DNA of 62,826 nt from Nostoc sp. GTDB lineage: Bacteria; Cyanobacteriota; Cyanobacteriia; Cyanobacteriales; Nostocaceae. Shown in pieces: positions 44,789-55,557 of the stretch (positions are counted from its first letter, which is position 1; each line of letters begins with the position of its first letter). The notes below the pieces were generated by a model. It made no database searches. It was given only the letters and a program-made list of their open reading frames with translations, and was not told the DNA's origin. Position numbers and translations under genes: made by a program. Location of the stretch: contig JBALDB010000021.1 of the NCBI GenBank assembly GCA_036918135.1, positions 1-62,826 of the forward strand, written 5' to 3'.

Positions 44789-44926
44789 ATGGCATTTCGG
44801 AATAACTCAGCTATTAATTTCTGGCAGAGATTACGACAAGATTCAGTTGTTTGGGGGTCGTTAGGTCTTTGGATTAGTGCATTAATTGTAGTGTTAGTAA
44901 TGCTAGCAGTGTTTTCTAACGCTTAA
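44789..44926 (+). CDS. 45-aa single-pass membrane microprotein
   Basis: GGAGG RBS; MAFRNNSAINFWQRLRQDSVVWGSLGLWISALIVVLVMLAVFSNA. Confidence 0.65.
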   Translation: MAFRNNSAINFWQRLRQDSVVWGSLGLWISALIVVLVMLAVFSNA

Positions 44927-45008
44927 TCTGGGCAAGATTATTCTAGTTCCTAGGCAGCAGCCTGGGAACTTAAATTGGGTAAACTGCCACCACTAAAAAA
45001 CTAAAATT

Positions 45009-45320
45009 ATGAACTATAAAATTCTGGCAACCCTTATAGTACTAATTACTACTAGCTTTGTTACTCCTGCTAAATCTCAAGAACCTGTAACTAATACTCC
45101 AGCATCAAATCAAGTTTTGAATGCTTGTGTTCAAAATCAAGCCCAAACTTTACCAAATCCCTTTACGGATGTTCCATCAGACCATTGGGCTTTCAAAGCA
45201 GTTATGACTATGTATTATTGTGGTGCATTTCGTAAAGCTACACCACCAGCTTTATTTGAAAAACTCCAACCAATTCAACGCCAACAGCAACCGCAGCAAG
45301 AACAGCAGTTTGAAAAATAA
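45009..45320 (+). CDS. Secreted S-layer homology (SLH) domain protein
   Basis: Signal peptide; FTDVPSDHWAFKAV. Confidence 0.8.
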   Translation: MNYKILATLIVLITTSFVTPAKSQEPVTNTPASNQVLNACVQNQAQTLPNPFTDVPSDHWAFKAVMTMYYCGAFRKATPPALFEKLQPIQRQQQPQQEQQFEK

Positions 45321-45764
45321 TAAATATAGCAACAAAAAGTAAAAGTTAAAATTTAGGAATTTATAAAAAATAAAATATCCCTCTTGTAGAGTGGGCAGGA
45401 AAGTCCGCCCTAAATATCAGACGAGTGAGGAAAACCATCCCATCAGAAAATTTGGAATATTTTTATTTGCAAGTCCCTAAAAAAATAAAAGGTATAGCAG
45501 GAGGCAGAGGGCAGGAGGCAGGAGGTAAAACTATTGCTAACTCTCTTCTTTCACCCTTTTAAAATGTCCTAAAGAGTGTGACTACGGCTATAAAAGCAAA
45601 AAAATTAATATTAGTTAAAATATAGTCTCAAATTGAGGTCGAAAAAACTATTTTAAAAATATCGTTCATCTTTCTCTTAAAAATATACCAAAAGGTTTAA
45701 TTCGATACTCGATAATATCAATAATTTTCAACTTAATTACTAGTAAAAAATTAATCTAATTTTA

Positions 45765-46322
45765 TTAACAATCTTGTCTACCAGACAAAAAACTAAACTC
45801 TGATTTAAGATTCCATCGCTTACCGTCGTGAACCAGTAGAGTTAATTTCTCAACCGTAAACTCAAAATTCAATTGACGTTTTTCAAATTCTGGCCAAGCA
45901 TCTCTAAAATTCTGCTTTGTTAAATCTCGAAATGCAACTGTCATATGGGGTGCAAAAGGTCGGGTTTGAGAAGTTTTGTCAATAATTCCTAACTTACTTT
46001 CTACATAAGCCATTAAATCAGCTTGCAAAGTCAAAAGTTCTTGACTTCTCACCACATTAATATATATAACGCGGGGTGGAAAGGCAGCAAATCCACTAAG
46101 TGTAATGGGTACTGACTTTTGTTCGCTAGCAAATTCCTTCAAAGAAACTTCTAGCAATGAGACGTTAGCATCTGCCCATTCAAAGGGGGGTTGCAAGGTA
46201 ATATGAGGCGGAGACTTTTGTGCCCCGCGACTAGCATAATTATCAGCAAAATACTGCTTGATTTGATTAGCGTAGTTTTGAATGTCTTGTGATGGTAAAA
46301 GGGCAATGAAAAAACGGCTCAT
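45765..46322 (-). CDS. 2H phosphoesterase (2'-5' RNA ligase family)
   Basis: Two HxT motifs: PHITL and PHMTV. Confidence 0.9.
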   Translation of the reverse strand: MSRFFIALLPSQDIQNYANQIKQYFADNYASRGAQKSPPHITLQPPFEWADANVSLLEVSLKEFASEQKSVPITLSGFAAFPPRVIYINVVRSQELLTLQADLMAYVESKLGIIDKTSQTRPFAPHMTVAFRDLTKQNFRDAWPEFEKRQLNFEFTVEKLTLLVHDGKRWNLKSEFSFLSGRQDC

Positions 46323-46427
46323 TCAATTTTAAATTTGGAATTAGACGAAGAAGTTAAATTTAATCAATTACAGTACTCACAGGAGAATTTAGAATTCAGG
46401 TCTTTTGTAATCGGAGCTAGCAAGCAA

Positions 46428-46694
46428 ATGCCAACATTTGTCAAGATTGAGCAAGGGAAAGTCGATAAACCTACCTTTGACCAATATATACCTGCTCATA
46501 AAGCCTACGTTCAGGAGTTGATTGCTAAAGGACACAAAGCGCGAACAGGCTACTGGGCAGAAGCGCGAGGTGGAATGTTGCTCTTTGAGGCAGCCTCAAG
46601 GGCTGAGGCTGAAGCAATTATAGCTAGCGATCCGTTGGTAGAACACGGTTGTGTCAACTATCAGCTATATGAATGGCGGATTGTTATGGAATAA
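46428..46694 (+). CDS. YciI family protein
   Basis: H..Y, GG..LF.A and DPL motifs; ATG 46428. Confidence 0.85.
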   Translation: MPTFVKIEQGKVDKPTFDQYIPAHKAYVQELIAKGHKARTGYWAEARGGMLLFEAASRAEAEAIIASDPLVEHGCVNYQLYEWRIVME

Positions 46695-46731
46695 GGCACA
46701 CTTACTGACTTTTGATGTTATGCTTTTATAA

Positions 46732-46829
46732 GACCTGGATCTATGCGACTGCAACACCCAAACCTTGTCAGAACCGGAAGGTAGCAGCAACACGGGAGGC
46801 TTGTGGTAGGCGTAGTCTCCGGGTCGCCC
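46732..46829 (+). ncRNA. ffs: Signal recognition particle RNA (4.5S)
   Basis: GTCAGAACCGGAAGGTAGCAGC domain IV within a long hairpin closed by GACCTGGA/TCCGGGTC. Confidence 0.9.
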
Positions 46830-46852
46830 TATTTTAGGAGCGTTCAGCAGCA

Positions 46853-47233
46853 ATGCCTGGTTTTGGAGATATTGTTCAAAAAGCTTTTTATCTTGGTGTG
46901 GGACTAGCTTCTTACGCTGGGGAAAAAGCAGGGGGGAAATTAGCCGAACTGCGATCGCAAGTCCAAAAACTGGCAGACGAAATGGTAGCTAAGGGCGAAA
47001 TGAATACAGAAGAAGCCCGCCGTTTTGTCGAAGATATGATGAGGCAAGCCCAACAACCCCAACAATCTAGCGCAACCCCCGAAAAAACGCCTCCTTCAGA
47101 ACCTCGCCGCATCGAAATTTTAGAGGAAGATGAAGAGCCAACAGTGAAAGAGGCATCAACTGAAAACGTCGATCGATTACGCGACCAAGTGCTAGAACTG
47201 CAAGAAGAGTTAAAACGATTGCAACGCGATTAG
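46853..47233 (+). CDS. Phasin-like/coiled-coil conserved cyanobacterial protein
   Basis: KAFYLGVGLA, DEMVAKGEM and PRRIEIL. Confidence 0.8.
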   Translation: MPGFGDIVQKAFYLGVGLASYAGEKAGGKLAELRSQVQKLADEMVAKGEMNTEEARRFVEDMMRQAQQPQQSSATPEKTPPSEPRRIEILEEDEEPTVKEASTENVDRLRDQVLELQEELKRLQRD

Positions 47234-47394
47234 TCAAAAACATTGTTTTAGCCCTAAATTCACTAAAAACTGGCATTTTGACATGGCGCTACATATACAA
47301 TACTTGATATAATACATACCCTAATCTGTACATTAGTGTTTCAAATTAGACAGCGCAGAACGTCCTGTTTATAGCCTCTAAAGGCGTCAAGTTT

Positions 47395-47775
47395 ATGGAG
47401 CAATGGCAAAAAGATTTAATAGAAATCGTAGAAACAGTGGCAGATGAGGTAGAGCGTTTCTTCCTGGGAATGGGTGAAATGGTAGACGCCTTTTTTGAGC
47501 TAACGGAAGAAATTAGCGAGCAAGTACACAGTAGCATTGTCACTGAAGTGGATCAGTATTTACAGGATGCTTACTGGGAATTGGAAGACGTTGTAGCAGA
47601 TCTAGATCCGGGTTTTCCCTATGCAGTTGAACCCACAGCGGAAACAAATCCAGCTTGTATCGGTTGTACTCACTACCACGGTCAAGTTTATGGCGGTAAC
47701 TTGTTAGTTTGTGCCATGCATCCCCACGGTTATGAAGATGAGAATTGTCCAGACTGGGAGAAACAGGAGTGTTGA
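47395..47775 (+). CDS. Conserved hypothetical protein with C-terminal Cys cluster
   Basis: ACIGC.HYHG..YGGNLLVCAMHP.G....CPDW. Confidence 0.8.
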   Translation: MEQWQKDLIEIVETVADEVERFFLGMGEMVDAFFELTEEISEQVHSSIVTEVDQYLQDAYWELEDVVADLDPGFPYAVEPTAETNPACIGCTHYHGQVYGGNLLVCAMHPHGYEDENCPDWEKQEC

Positions 47776-47880
47776 GTGGTGACTGGAGACAGGGAAAGAT
47801 GAAAAGAGAATTTCACCCCACCACCCCACTTCTGCTGCACTCCCCATACCCAATGACCAATGACAAATCACAATTAACAA

Positions 47881-48300
47881 ATGACAACTAATAATTTACC
47901 TGAAAGTCTATCGCAGCAAAGTCAAGAAATGAAGTATGGCGAGCGTAATATCGCAGAAGGCGAACTAATTACGTTTCCTAATCCGCGTGTGGGAAGGCGA
48001 TACGACATTAGCATTACTTTGCCAGAATTTACTTGTAAATGTCCCTTTTCCGGCTATCCTGATTTTGCTACTATTTATATTACCTATGTGCCTAACGAAC
48101 GAGTAGTAGAGTTGAAGGCACTCAAGCTTTATATTAATAGTTACCGCGATCGCTATATTTCTCACGAAGAATCTGCTAATCAAATAGTGGATGATTTTGT
48201 CGCAGCTTGTGACCCTTTAGAAGTTACTGTAAAAGCAGATTTCACGCCTCGCGGCAATGTTCATACTGTAATTGAAGTACGTCACCAAAAAAGTCATTAG
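47881..48300 (+). CDS. queF: NADPH-dependent preQ0 reductase (type I)
   Basis: PEFTCKCP, PDFA, VELKALKLY, SHEE and PRGN. Confidence 0.96.
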   Translation: MTTNNLPESLSQQSQEMKYGERNIAEGELITFPNPRVGRRYDISITLPEFTCKCPFSGYPDFATIYITYVPNERVVELKALKLYINSYRDRYISHEESANQIVDDFVAACDPLEVTVKADFTPRGNVHTVIEVRHQKSH

Positions 48301-48601
48301 TCACAGGTCATTTATTAAGTAAAAATAAAATTATTGTAGGGTGTTTCAGGCGCATATTTTTAGATGATTTGTCAGGAAAAAGATGAGCGAAGCGCTATTT
48401 GGCAGCATGTAAATAGTGGGCATTAAGCTAAAGCCATAACACACCCTACCTTAAGATTTATTTTATAAATAGTCTCTCATTGAGCATTGGTCATTATTTA
48501 TTTGCAAAGGATAATGACAAATTACAAATCACAGCTGACATTAGCAGCCAAGATGTGTAAAGTAGTTGAAGATCGGTAACTAATCTTTAACACATCCATC
48601 T

Positions 48602-48850
48602 ATGGATAGAAAAAGTAGAAAAACGCGACGCCTTTTGCTGCTAGTTGTTTCCTGTAGTATTACTGGTGTAATTTTAGGAGGTACTGCCAGTTGGGCAGAA
48701 AGCAATCTGTGTTTGCAAGATAGCAAGCTTACAAGTGATTGCCTAACTCAAGATCCAATCCAAAAAACTATCGAAGGAATGAGTACAGGATTGTTAGCTG
48801 GAGCTGGAGCCGCTTTTGGTGCAGCATGGCAGTTACGCCATGAAGATTAA
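48602..48850 (+). CDS. Small hypothetical membrane protein
   Basis: Two hydrophobic segments flanking a Cys pair. Confidence 0.7.
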   Translation: MDRKSRKTRRLLLLVVSCSITGVILGGTASWAESNLCLQDSKLTSDCLTQDPIQKTIEGMSTGLLAGAGAAFGAAWQLRHED

Positions 48851-49846
48851 CTTGACATGCGCCCAAGTTAGATATTTTTTAGTTAAAACCGTCATTGGTC
48901 ATTAGTCTTTTGTCCTTTGTATTTCCGAAGGACAAAGGAAAAACACAGTAACGTGATTTTGTGATATTAGACAAAAAACCCGTTTTAGTAGAACGATCCT
49001 TTAGTAATAATTAAAAAAATTTAAAGTCATTTGAGTAACTTAACTTGCATACGCAGCAGAATCATAGAAAGCAGCCCGAACACCTATCTGACTTTTCACC
49101 AGATGTGGAAAAAGAGGATTAATTCGTGATTAGAATCTGCGAACCAAACTTAGTCCTTCTTCGTATTTAGAACTTTCTTCAAATCTGATTTTTTGTCTTA
49201 ATATTATATCCGCTCAAATAATAGTGATTGCGACCGTAGGGAAGTAATCTCGAAAACGTTGTGATTGCGTTGTTTTACTACCCTGCGGCGAACCCCTTAG
49301 GCGAACGTTTCACTCGCTTGAGACGACATATTACGAATGATTTGCCGAACATCATATTACATGCATAGACCCCTAAAGGTTATATAATTGTCATTCTCTG
49401 TAGAAGCTCGCTTCCTTGCTGAAGTTTTAAACAAAAAGCGATCGCCTAACATAATACAAATCACTTCACTTTTGGTAACCCTCTTCGGTTATAACGAACT
49501 ATATTTTATAAGCAAAGATAACTTCAGTCTCCGGGCAGGTATTTTCCGCTAATATTTTTTTTACTATTCGAGCTACTACTATAAATCTAAAAGTTACAGA
49601 GATGAAGCTGAGGTTAAAACACCCTAGTTTAGACTGCTGCCGATCGCAATGAGTCTGAAACTTTTGCTAGAAAACAAGCAAAGGAATTGAATTATGGAAA
49701 GAATGATTCCACTCAGCACTACTGAAATTAATAGATTTTGTTTGTAGTTAGTGATTGTACTCAAATGGGCGATCGCTAAGTTGATATTCTAAATCGCTGC
49801 AACTGTAGGTTGCAAAATACAACTTTATCCAAGGAGAACATCGCTC

Positions 49847-50575
49847 GTGCCTAATTTTAAAATAGTCTCTACTGGTCTAGTGGCAATCGCCTTATTGGCA
49901 ACTGGTTGCACACCAACTACTCCCCATGACCAGACTACATCTGAAGCTCCACCAGCTCAATCAGTGCAAACGACCGAAAGTCCATTACCAACTACCTCAC
50001 CAACTGCATCACCAACTGCCTCACCAACTGCATCACCAACTGCCTCACCAACTGCCTCACCAACTGCCTCACCAACTGCCTCACCAACGACATCTGGGCA
50101 AAATAGCCTCAGTTCTTCAGACAGACAGTTCATGACTGAAGCTGCTCAAGGTGGTTTAGCAGAAGTCCAACTAGGACAACTGGCATCAAAACGTGGAACT
50201 AGCAATGCGGTAAAACAGTATGGACAGCGCATGGTTAAAGATCACACCCCGGTGAATAATCAACTCAAACAGTTGGCGAAGAAAAAAGGTGTAACCCTGC
50301 CAACTAAGCTCGACAGCACAAATCAGCAAGTCAAGCAGCGCTTATCCCAACTTTCTGGTACTGACTTTGACCGCGACTATTCGGATCAGATGCTTCAAGA
50401 TCATCAAAAGGATGTTTCTGCATTTCAAACTGAAGCTCAACAGGGACAAGATCCAGACGTGAAAGCATTTGCGGCTCAAAAACTACCAACCCTCCAAGCC
50501 CACCTGCAACAGGTTAGTTCCCTTGTTAATTCTGGAAGTTCAACCAGTACCCCAACTCCAACCAGTACCCCATAA
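49847..50575 (+). CDS. DUF4142 (ferritin-like) lipoprotein with (PTAS)n linker
   Basis: Lipobox LATGC; DRQF...A.GGLAEV.LG.LA, MVKDH, FD..Y and LPTL..HL; AGGAG RBS. Confidence 0.9.
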   Translation: MPNFKIVSTGLVAIALLATGCTPTTPHDQTTSEAPPAQSVQTTESPLPTTSPTASPTASPTASPTASPTASPTASPTASPTTSGQNSLSSSDRQFMTEAAQGGLAEVQLGQLASKRGTSNAVKQYGQRMVKDHTPVNNQLKQLAKKKGVTLPTKLDSTNQQVKQRLSQLSGTDFDRDYSDQMLQDHQKDVSAFQTEAQQGQDPDVKAFAAQKLPTLQAHLQQVSSLVNSGSSTSTPTPTSTP

Positions 50576-50604
50576 GTCCAAAATTCGATCGTTAAGGAAA
50601 CACA

Positions 50605-51921
50605 ATGTCTGAATTGTTTAAAGGAGAATTTTCTCGTCGTCAGATTTTGACCACTGCTGGATTAGGAGCGATTTCAGCTGCTGCGCTTGGTAGTATGGGC
50701 GAACAGGTTGCTGCCCAGCAGCCAACTGGGCAAGCTACCCCACATGGAGGCACTTTGCCCCCTCAGATTCAGTTTCCACCCATCTCGGAAAAGACTGAGG
50801 TTGAAACAGGGGGGCCGCCGACTGCATTGCCTCCAGAGCGACGCTTGGGGTTTGCGATCGTTGGACTGGGGAGACTGACATTAGAAGAAATCATGCCTGC
50901 GTTTGCAGAATGTAAACTAGCAAAGCCAACTGCATTAGTTAGTGGCGATGCAGCCAAAGCTAATCAAGTTGCCCAACAGTATGGCATCAAACCGCAGAAC
51001 GTTTACAACTATCAGAATTACGACAATCTCCGCAATAATTCAGACGTTGATGTAATTTATATTGTACTACCCAACAGTATGCACCGGGAATATACGGTGC
51101 GTGGTGCCAAAGCGGGAAAGCATATTCTGTGTGAAAAGCCAATGGCAACCACAGTCGCAGATGCTCAACAAATGATTGACGCGTGCAAACAAGCCAATCG
51201 CAAGCTGATGATTGCTTATCGCTGCCAATACGAGCCACACCATCGGGCGATGATTGGGATGATTCGCAACAAAGAATTGGGAACCATCAAAGTGATTCAA
51301 GCAGATAACGGACAAAACCAGGGTGGTGACTTAAACCAGTGGCGGTTAAAACGCGCTTTAGCTGGAGGTGGCTCTTTACCAGATGTGGGAATTTACTGCT
51401 TGAATGCAACCCGTTATTTGACAGGAGAAGAACCGATCGCGATTAACGCCCAAACCTTCACCACTCCCGGCGATCCCCGCTTTAAAGAAGTAGAAGAAAG
51501 TGTCACCTTCCAATTGCAATTTCCTAGTGGGATACTAGGGATTTGCTCCACTAGTTACGGCTTTCACGAAGCACGGCGGTTTCGCGTCTTTGGTTCTGAT
51601 GCTTGGGCACAACTCGATCCAGGGTTCTCCTACAACGGTTTGCGGATGATGATTTCGCGTAAATCACCAACAAATAGCATGGCTGAAAACATCAGTGAAG
51701 TGCGGATCGGGGAGAAGAACCAGTTCGCCTTAGAAATCGATCACATGGCGGATTGTGTAATTCAAAATAAGCAACCCCATACCCCTGGTGAAGAAGGTTT
51801 GCAAGACCAAAAACTGATGGCGTTGATTTACGAAGCGGCACAAACAGGCAAAACGATTACCCTACCTCGTGTGTCGGGACTAGATACTACTCGCGGCCCT
51901 GCTCCGAGAATGCTCAAGTAA
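50605..51921 (+). CDS. Tat-exported Gfo/Idh/MocA oxidoreductase (GFOR/aldose-aldose oxidoreductase-like)
   Basis: SRRQIL Tat motif, GLGRL, AGKHILCEKPM, WRL...LAGGG.L.D.GIY. Confidence 0.9.
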   Translation: MSELFKGEFSRRQILTTAGLGAISAAALGSMGEQVAAQQPTGQATPHGGTLPPQIQFPPISEKTEVETGGPPTALPPERRLGFAIVGLGRLTLEEIMPAFAECKLAKPTALVSGDAAKANQVAQQYGIKPQNVYNYQNYDNLRNNSDVDVIYIVLPNSMHREYTVRGAKAGKHILCEKPMATTVADAQQMIDACKQANRKLMIAYRCQYEPHHRAMIGMIRNKELGTIKVIQADNGQNQGGDLNQWRLKRALAGGGSLPDVGIYCLNATRYLTGEEPIAINAQTFTTPGDPRFKEVEESVTFQLQFPSGILGICSTSYGFHEARRFRVFGSDAWAQLDPGFSYNGLRMMISRKSPTNSMAENISEVRIGEKNQFALEIDHMADCVIQNKQPHTPGEEGLQDQKLMALIYEAAQTGKTITLPRVSGLDTTRGPAPRMLK

Positions 51922-51954
51922 GCATTTGTTTAAATAAACTTATTTACACCATTA

Positions 51955-53559
51955 ATGACAACTTCTGCTTGGAGTCCGCTTCGTACATCTTTGTTTCGCG
52001 ATCGCTGGATTGCCTCGATTGTCTCTAATGTTGGGGGCTGGATGGAGGACACAGCCGGAGCATGGCTGATGACTTCTCTGACTACCTCACCACTATTAGT
52101 GGCACTGATGCAAACAGCAGCAACTTTGCCAGTGCTGATGCTAGGACTACCAGCAGGAGCGACGGCAGATATTTTCGATCGCCGTCGGTTACTGATATTT
52201 TGGCAAGTTTGGATGCTAGTTGCCGCACTCATCTTGAGTGGATTAATTTTTGTAGGTAGTATTCAACCTTGGTCGCTGCTCGTACTGACATTTCTCCTCA
52301 ACTTGGGAGCGGCAATGAATGGGCCGGCTTGGCAAGCGATTGTGCCTGAGTTGGTACCGCGATCGGAACTCGTAGCTGCCATTGCTTTAAATAGTGCTGG
52401 ATTTAACATTGCACGAGCAGTCGGCCCGGCGATCGCTGGCTTGATTTTGGTAGCAAGCAATGCGGGAGTCGTCTTTTTTCTTGATGCTCTTTCCTTTGTT
52501 GGGGTGATTTTCATCCTTTACCGTTGGCAGCGCAAACCGCTTTATGAAAGCGCCTTGCCCGCAGAGCGAGTATTAGGTTCTGTGCGGGCTGGTATTCGCT
52601 ATATTCGCTTTTCCCCTGCCTTGCAAGCTGTATTAATTCGAGCTGCTGTTTTAACCACTTGTACAAGTGCCTTGCTGGCCTTGTTGCCTTTAGTAGCACA
52701 ACAGGATCTCAAGCAAGGAGCAGGCGGGTATGGCTTACTACTCGGCTGCTTCGGATTGGGAGCAATCGCTGGCGCAGTTTTGCTGCCGAGAGTACGGCAA
52801 CATCTCACAGCTGATGGAGTGGTGATTGCAGGAACTGTTGTCTTTGCGATCGCCACATTGATTTTGGCATTCATCCACAATACGCCTCTGGTATTACTGG
52901 CATTGCTAGCGGCTGGGATTGCTTGGACAAGTATGACATCTAGCTTGAATATTACCGTGCAGCTTGCTGTTCCGACTTGGGTACAGGCGCGGGCTTTGGG
53001 AACGTACCAGATGGTATTTCAGGGAGGCTCGGCAATCGGTAGTATTGTTTGGGGGGCTATGGCTGAACATTGGGGAACACCGCTTGCTTTATTTACTGCC
53101 GCCATCGGCTTACTGGCAGGAACGCTAACAGCACGGCGTTACCAGTTGATATCCGGAAAACTCGATTTAGCTCCTGCATTACGGCGAGCAGAGCCGATGG
53201 TGGCGATCGAATTGCAGCCAGAACAAGGCCCAGTTTTAGTTACGATTGAATATTGCATTGACCCTACCCAAGCACAAAAATTCATGGCGGCAATTTCTTC
53301 TCTACGAATAGTACGGCTGCGAGATGGTGCTATTCGTTGGGGTATTTTTCAGGATACCGCCGAACCGACTCGTTATCTGGAGACGTTTATAGTTGAGTCT
53401 TGGGTGGATCATTTACGCCAGTACGAACGCTTTACAATCGCCGATCGAGAAATTCGCAACCAAGTATTTGCTTTTCATCAAGGCGATGAACCTCCAGTTA
53501 TTTCTCATATGATTTATGCTCATCAATCTCGGCAAGCCAGAGGTTATACTAATTCGTAA
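51955..53559 (+). CDS. MFS transporter (MFS_3/DUF894 type with C-terminal domain)
   Basis: SNVGGWM, AGATADIFDRRR, FNIARAVGPA and GPVLVTIEY..D. Confidence 0.9.
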   Translation: MTTSAWSPLRTSLFRDRWIASIVSNVGGWMEDTAGAWLMTSLTTSPLLVALMQTAATLPVLMLGLPAGATADIFDRRRLLIFWQVWMLVAALILSGLIFVGSIQPWSLLVLTFLLNLGAAMNGPAWQAIVPELVPRSELVAAIALNSAGFNIARAVGPAIAGLILVASNAGVVFFLDALSFVGVIFILYRWQRKPLYESALPAERVLGSVRAGIRYIRFSPALQAVLIRAAVLTTCTSALLALLPLVAQQDLKQGAGGYGLLLGCFGLGAIAGAVLLPRVRQHLTADGVVIAGTVVFAIATLILAFIHNTPLVLLALLAAGIAWTSMTSSLNITVQLAVPTWVQARALGTYQMVFQGGSAIGSIVWGAMAEHWGTPLALFTAAIGLLAGTLTARRYQLISGKLDLAPALRRAEPMVAIELQPEQGPVLVTIEYCIDPTQAQKFMAAISSLRIVRLRDGAIRWGIFQDTAEPTRYLETFIVESWVDHLRQYERFTIADREIRNQVFAFHQGDEPPVISHMIYAHQSRQARGYTNS

Positions 53560-53694
53560 TTCTTAATTAACTTATATTCTGCACTTCAAAAAGCAATACA
53601 TTTCCAGGCCTGGACTGCATCGCCTGCTTGTCGGGCTGACAAATTACAGACTCCACTAATATCATGTGCGGTTGAATACTTATGATATCTGTGA

Positions 53695-53830
53695 GGGTTA
53701 GTAATGGGTAATGGGTAATAGGTCATGGGTAATCGGTAATGGGTAACGGGTAATTATTTGTTTCCAATTACCTTTTTCCCAATTCGCAATTACCTTTTTC
53801 CCAATTTGCAATTACCTTTTTCCCAATTAC
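53695..53830. repeat. Heptamer (GGGTAAT) and 22-bp (CAATTACCTTTTTCC) tandem repeats forming an inverted structure
   Basis: Read directly between the convergent MFS and ADH genes. Confidence 0.75.
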
Positions 53831-53921
53831 TAACAACACCAACCACATCGTAAGTAATTAGCCGAATTTGATATCATCAGCCAGCAACTTCAAATGGCAT
53901 AATCTATTTCTTGGAGTTCCC

Positions 53922-55178
53922 TTAGCTATTAACTAAAGCTGCTCCCGGTACTAACTCCACCTTCACCCACCCTGGTTGGCGTTTATCAAATGCCTTGTAT
54001 GCATCAATAACTGACATTAGCGGTTCGACTTGGGTCAAAACTTTTGTTGGGTCTACTGTACCATTACGAACCAAATCCACCAAAGTAGGAATATACTTGC
54101 GGTGATTACAATTCCCCATATTGATTGTGAGATTTTTATTCATTGCAGTGCCAATGGGAAAGAAATTGTGAGTTGGTGGATAAACTCCAATAATCGAGAG
54201 TGTCCCAGCTTTAGCTAACGCTTGGACTGCCCATTCCAATGCTTGAGAAGGAGCATTACCTGGATGCCAATTGCCATTTTGAGGATTAGTTTTAGGAGCA
54301 ATCTTTTGTAGCTGTTGCTGAAATTCTTGTGCTTCTTTTTGAGCTTTTTCGGCTGCTGGGCCACTGTCAGGAGTATTAGCATCTACCCCAACTGCTTCAA
54401 TCACTCTATCTACACCAACTCCTCCAGTCAGTTCGCGGATCGCCTCAATTGGGTCTTCGGCATTATAATCGATAACTTCTGCACCCAAATCGCGCGCCAT
54501 GTCTAAGCGTGAGGGAATTGTATCCACTGCTATAATACGTCCTGCACCAAAGAGTCTGGCACTGACAATTGCAAACTGGCCAACCGGGCCACAACCAAAA
54601 ATGGCAACTGTATCTCCTGGTGTAATCTCTGCAATATCGGCTCCAAAGTAAGCTGTAGGGAAGATGTCAGAAAGAAGAATTGCTTGGTCGTCTGTCACTT
54701 CTTTTGGTAACTTGACTAATCCGGCATTAGCATAAGGAATCCGAGCGTATTCTGCTTGCAAGCCATCGAAGGGGCCTGCTGCCTCTGGGCCTCCAAAAAA
54801 AGCTGTCCCGGCGTTATGTCCGTGGGGATTGGCGTTATCACATTGAGCCTGATAACCGCTACGACAGTAAGAACAGTAGCCACAGGCAATTGTTGAGGGA
54901 ACAACAACGCGTAGACGCGAAGCGGCTTGCCGTCAGGCATCGCCCACTTTCAGATTCCGGACATTAGAACCAATTTCTTCAATAATGCCAACACCTTCAT
55001 GTCCTAGAATTGTTCCGGGTTTCATGCCTGTGAATGTTCCCCGAATCATGTGTAAATCTGTGCCACAAATCGCACTAGAAGTCAGTCTAATTATGGCATC
55101 TGTTGGTTCTTTAATTTTTGGATCTAGTACGTTATCCAGTCGAATATCTCCGATTCCATGAAAAACTACTGCTTTGAT
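53922..55178 (-). pseudogene. Zn-dependent alcohol/formaldehyde dehydrogenase disrupted by an in-frame TGA from a 27-nt insertion; start codon reads ATC
   Basis: (I)KAVVFHGIGDIRL, ICGTDLH, GHEGVG, VGD[A*RQAASRL]RVVVP, CGYCSYC..C, LLSDIFPT and GCGPVG in one frame. Confidence 0.88.
54912..54938. mobile_element. 27-nt small dispersed repeat inserted into HIP1 (GCG^ATCGC)
   Basis: GCG-TAGACGCGAAGCGGCTTGCCGTCAGGC-ATCGC. Confidence 0.85.
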
Positions 55179-55557
55179 TGCAAATATACCTTTATTATTT
55201 GGATTGTTCTAGTTAAATTTCATCAAAAAATTCTTAATTTACTTCAACCAAAGGTGTAAAAAATTAATTGAGCTAACTATGCTTAAGGTTGATTTTTAAC
55301 AATACAAATTTTTTCGCTTTTAAAAAACAAATCAAATAGTAATTTCTGACAGTATTTTTCTCAACTTCTTTATTTATACTCTCAGACGTATTGACAAAAG
55401 TTACTCACTTTCTAATAGTTGCAAACATCTTGAATTAATGCTCTAAAAGACAACTCTAGTTAGATGACTTGCACCCCTAAAAAATTGTCTAATTTTCTAG
55501 TAAATTCATTTGCAGTTTCAGCAGGGTTTGTCCATTGAATCTAGGAGCGCAGACATC

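Noticed and set aside
46665..46853. 62-aa minus-strand ORF
   Set aside because: Antisense shadow of the SRP RNA.
49994..50088. 12-bp tandem repeat
   Set aside because: Explained as the (PTAS)n linker of the DUF4142 lipoprotein; the His/Gln-rich alternative frame is a shadow.
54933..54935. In-frame TGA as selenocysteine
   Set aside because: It lies inside the inserted repeat, not at a conserved Cys position.
54716..54940. 74-aa ORF and the 279-aa TTG-started ADH ORF as separate genes
   Set aside because: Both are by-products of the insertion in one dehydrogenase gene; the 279-aa piece lacks the N-terminal zinc ligands.
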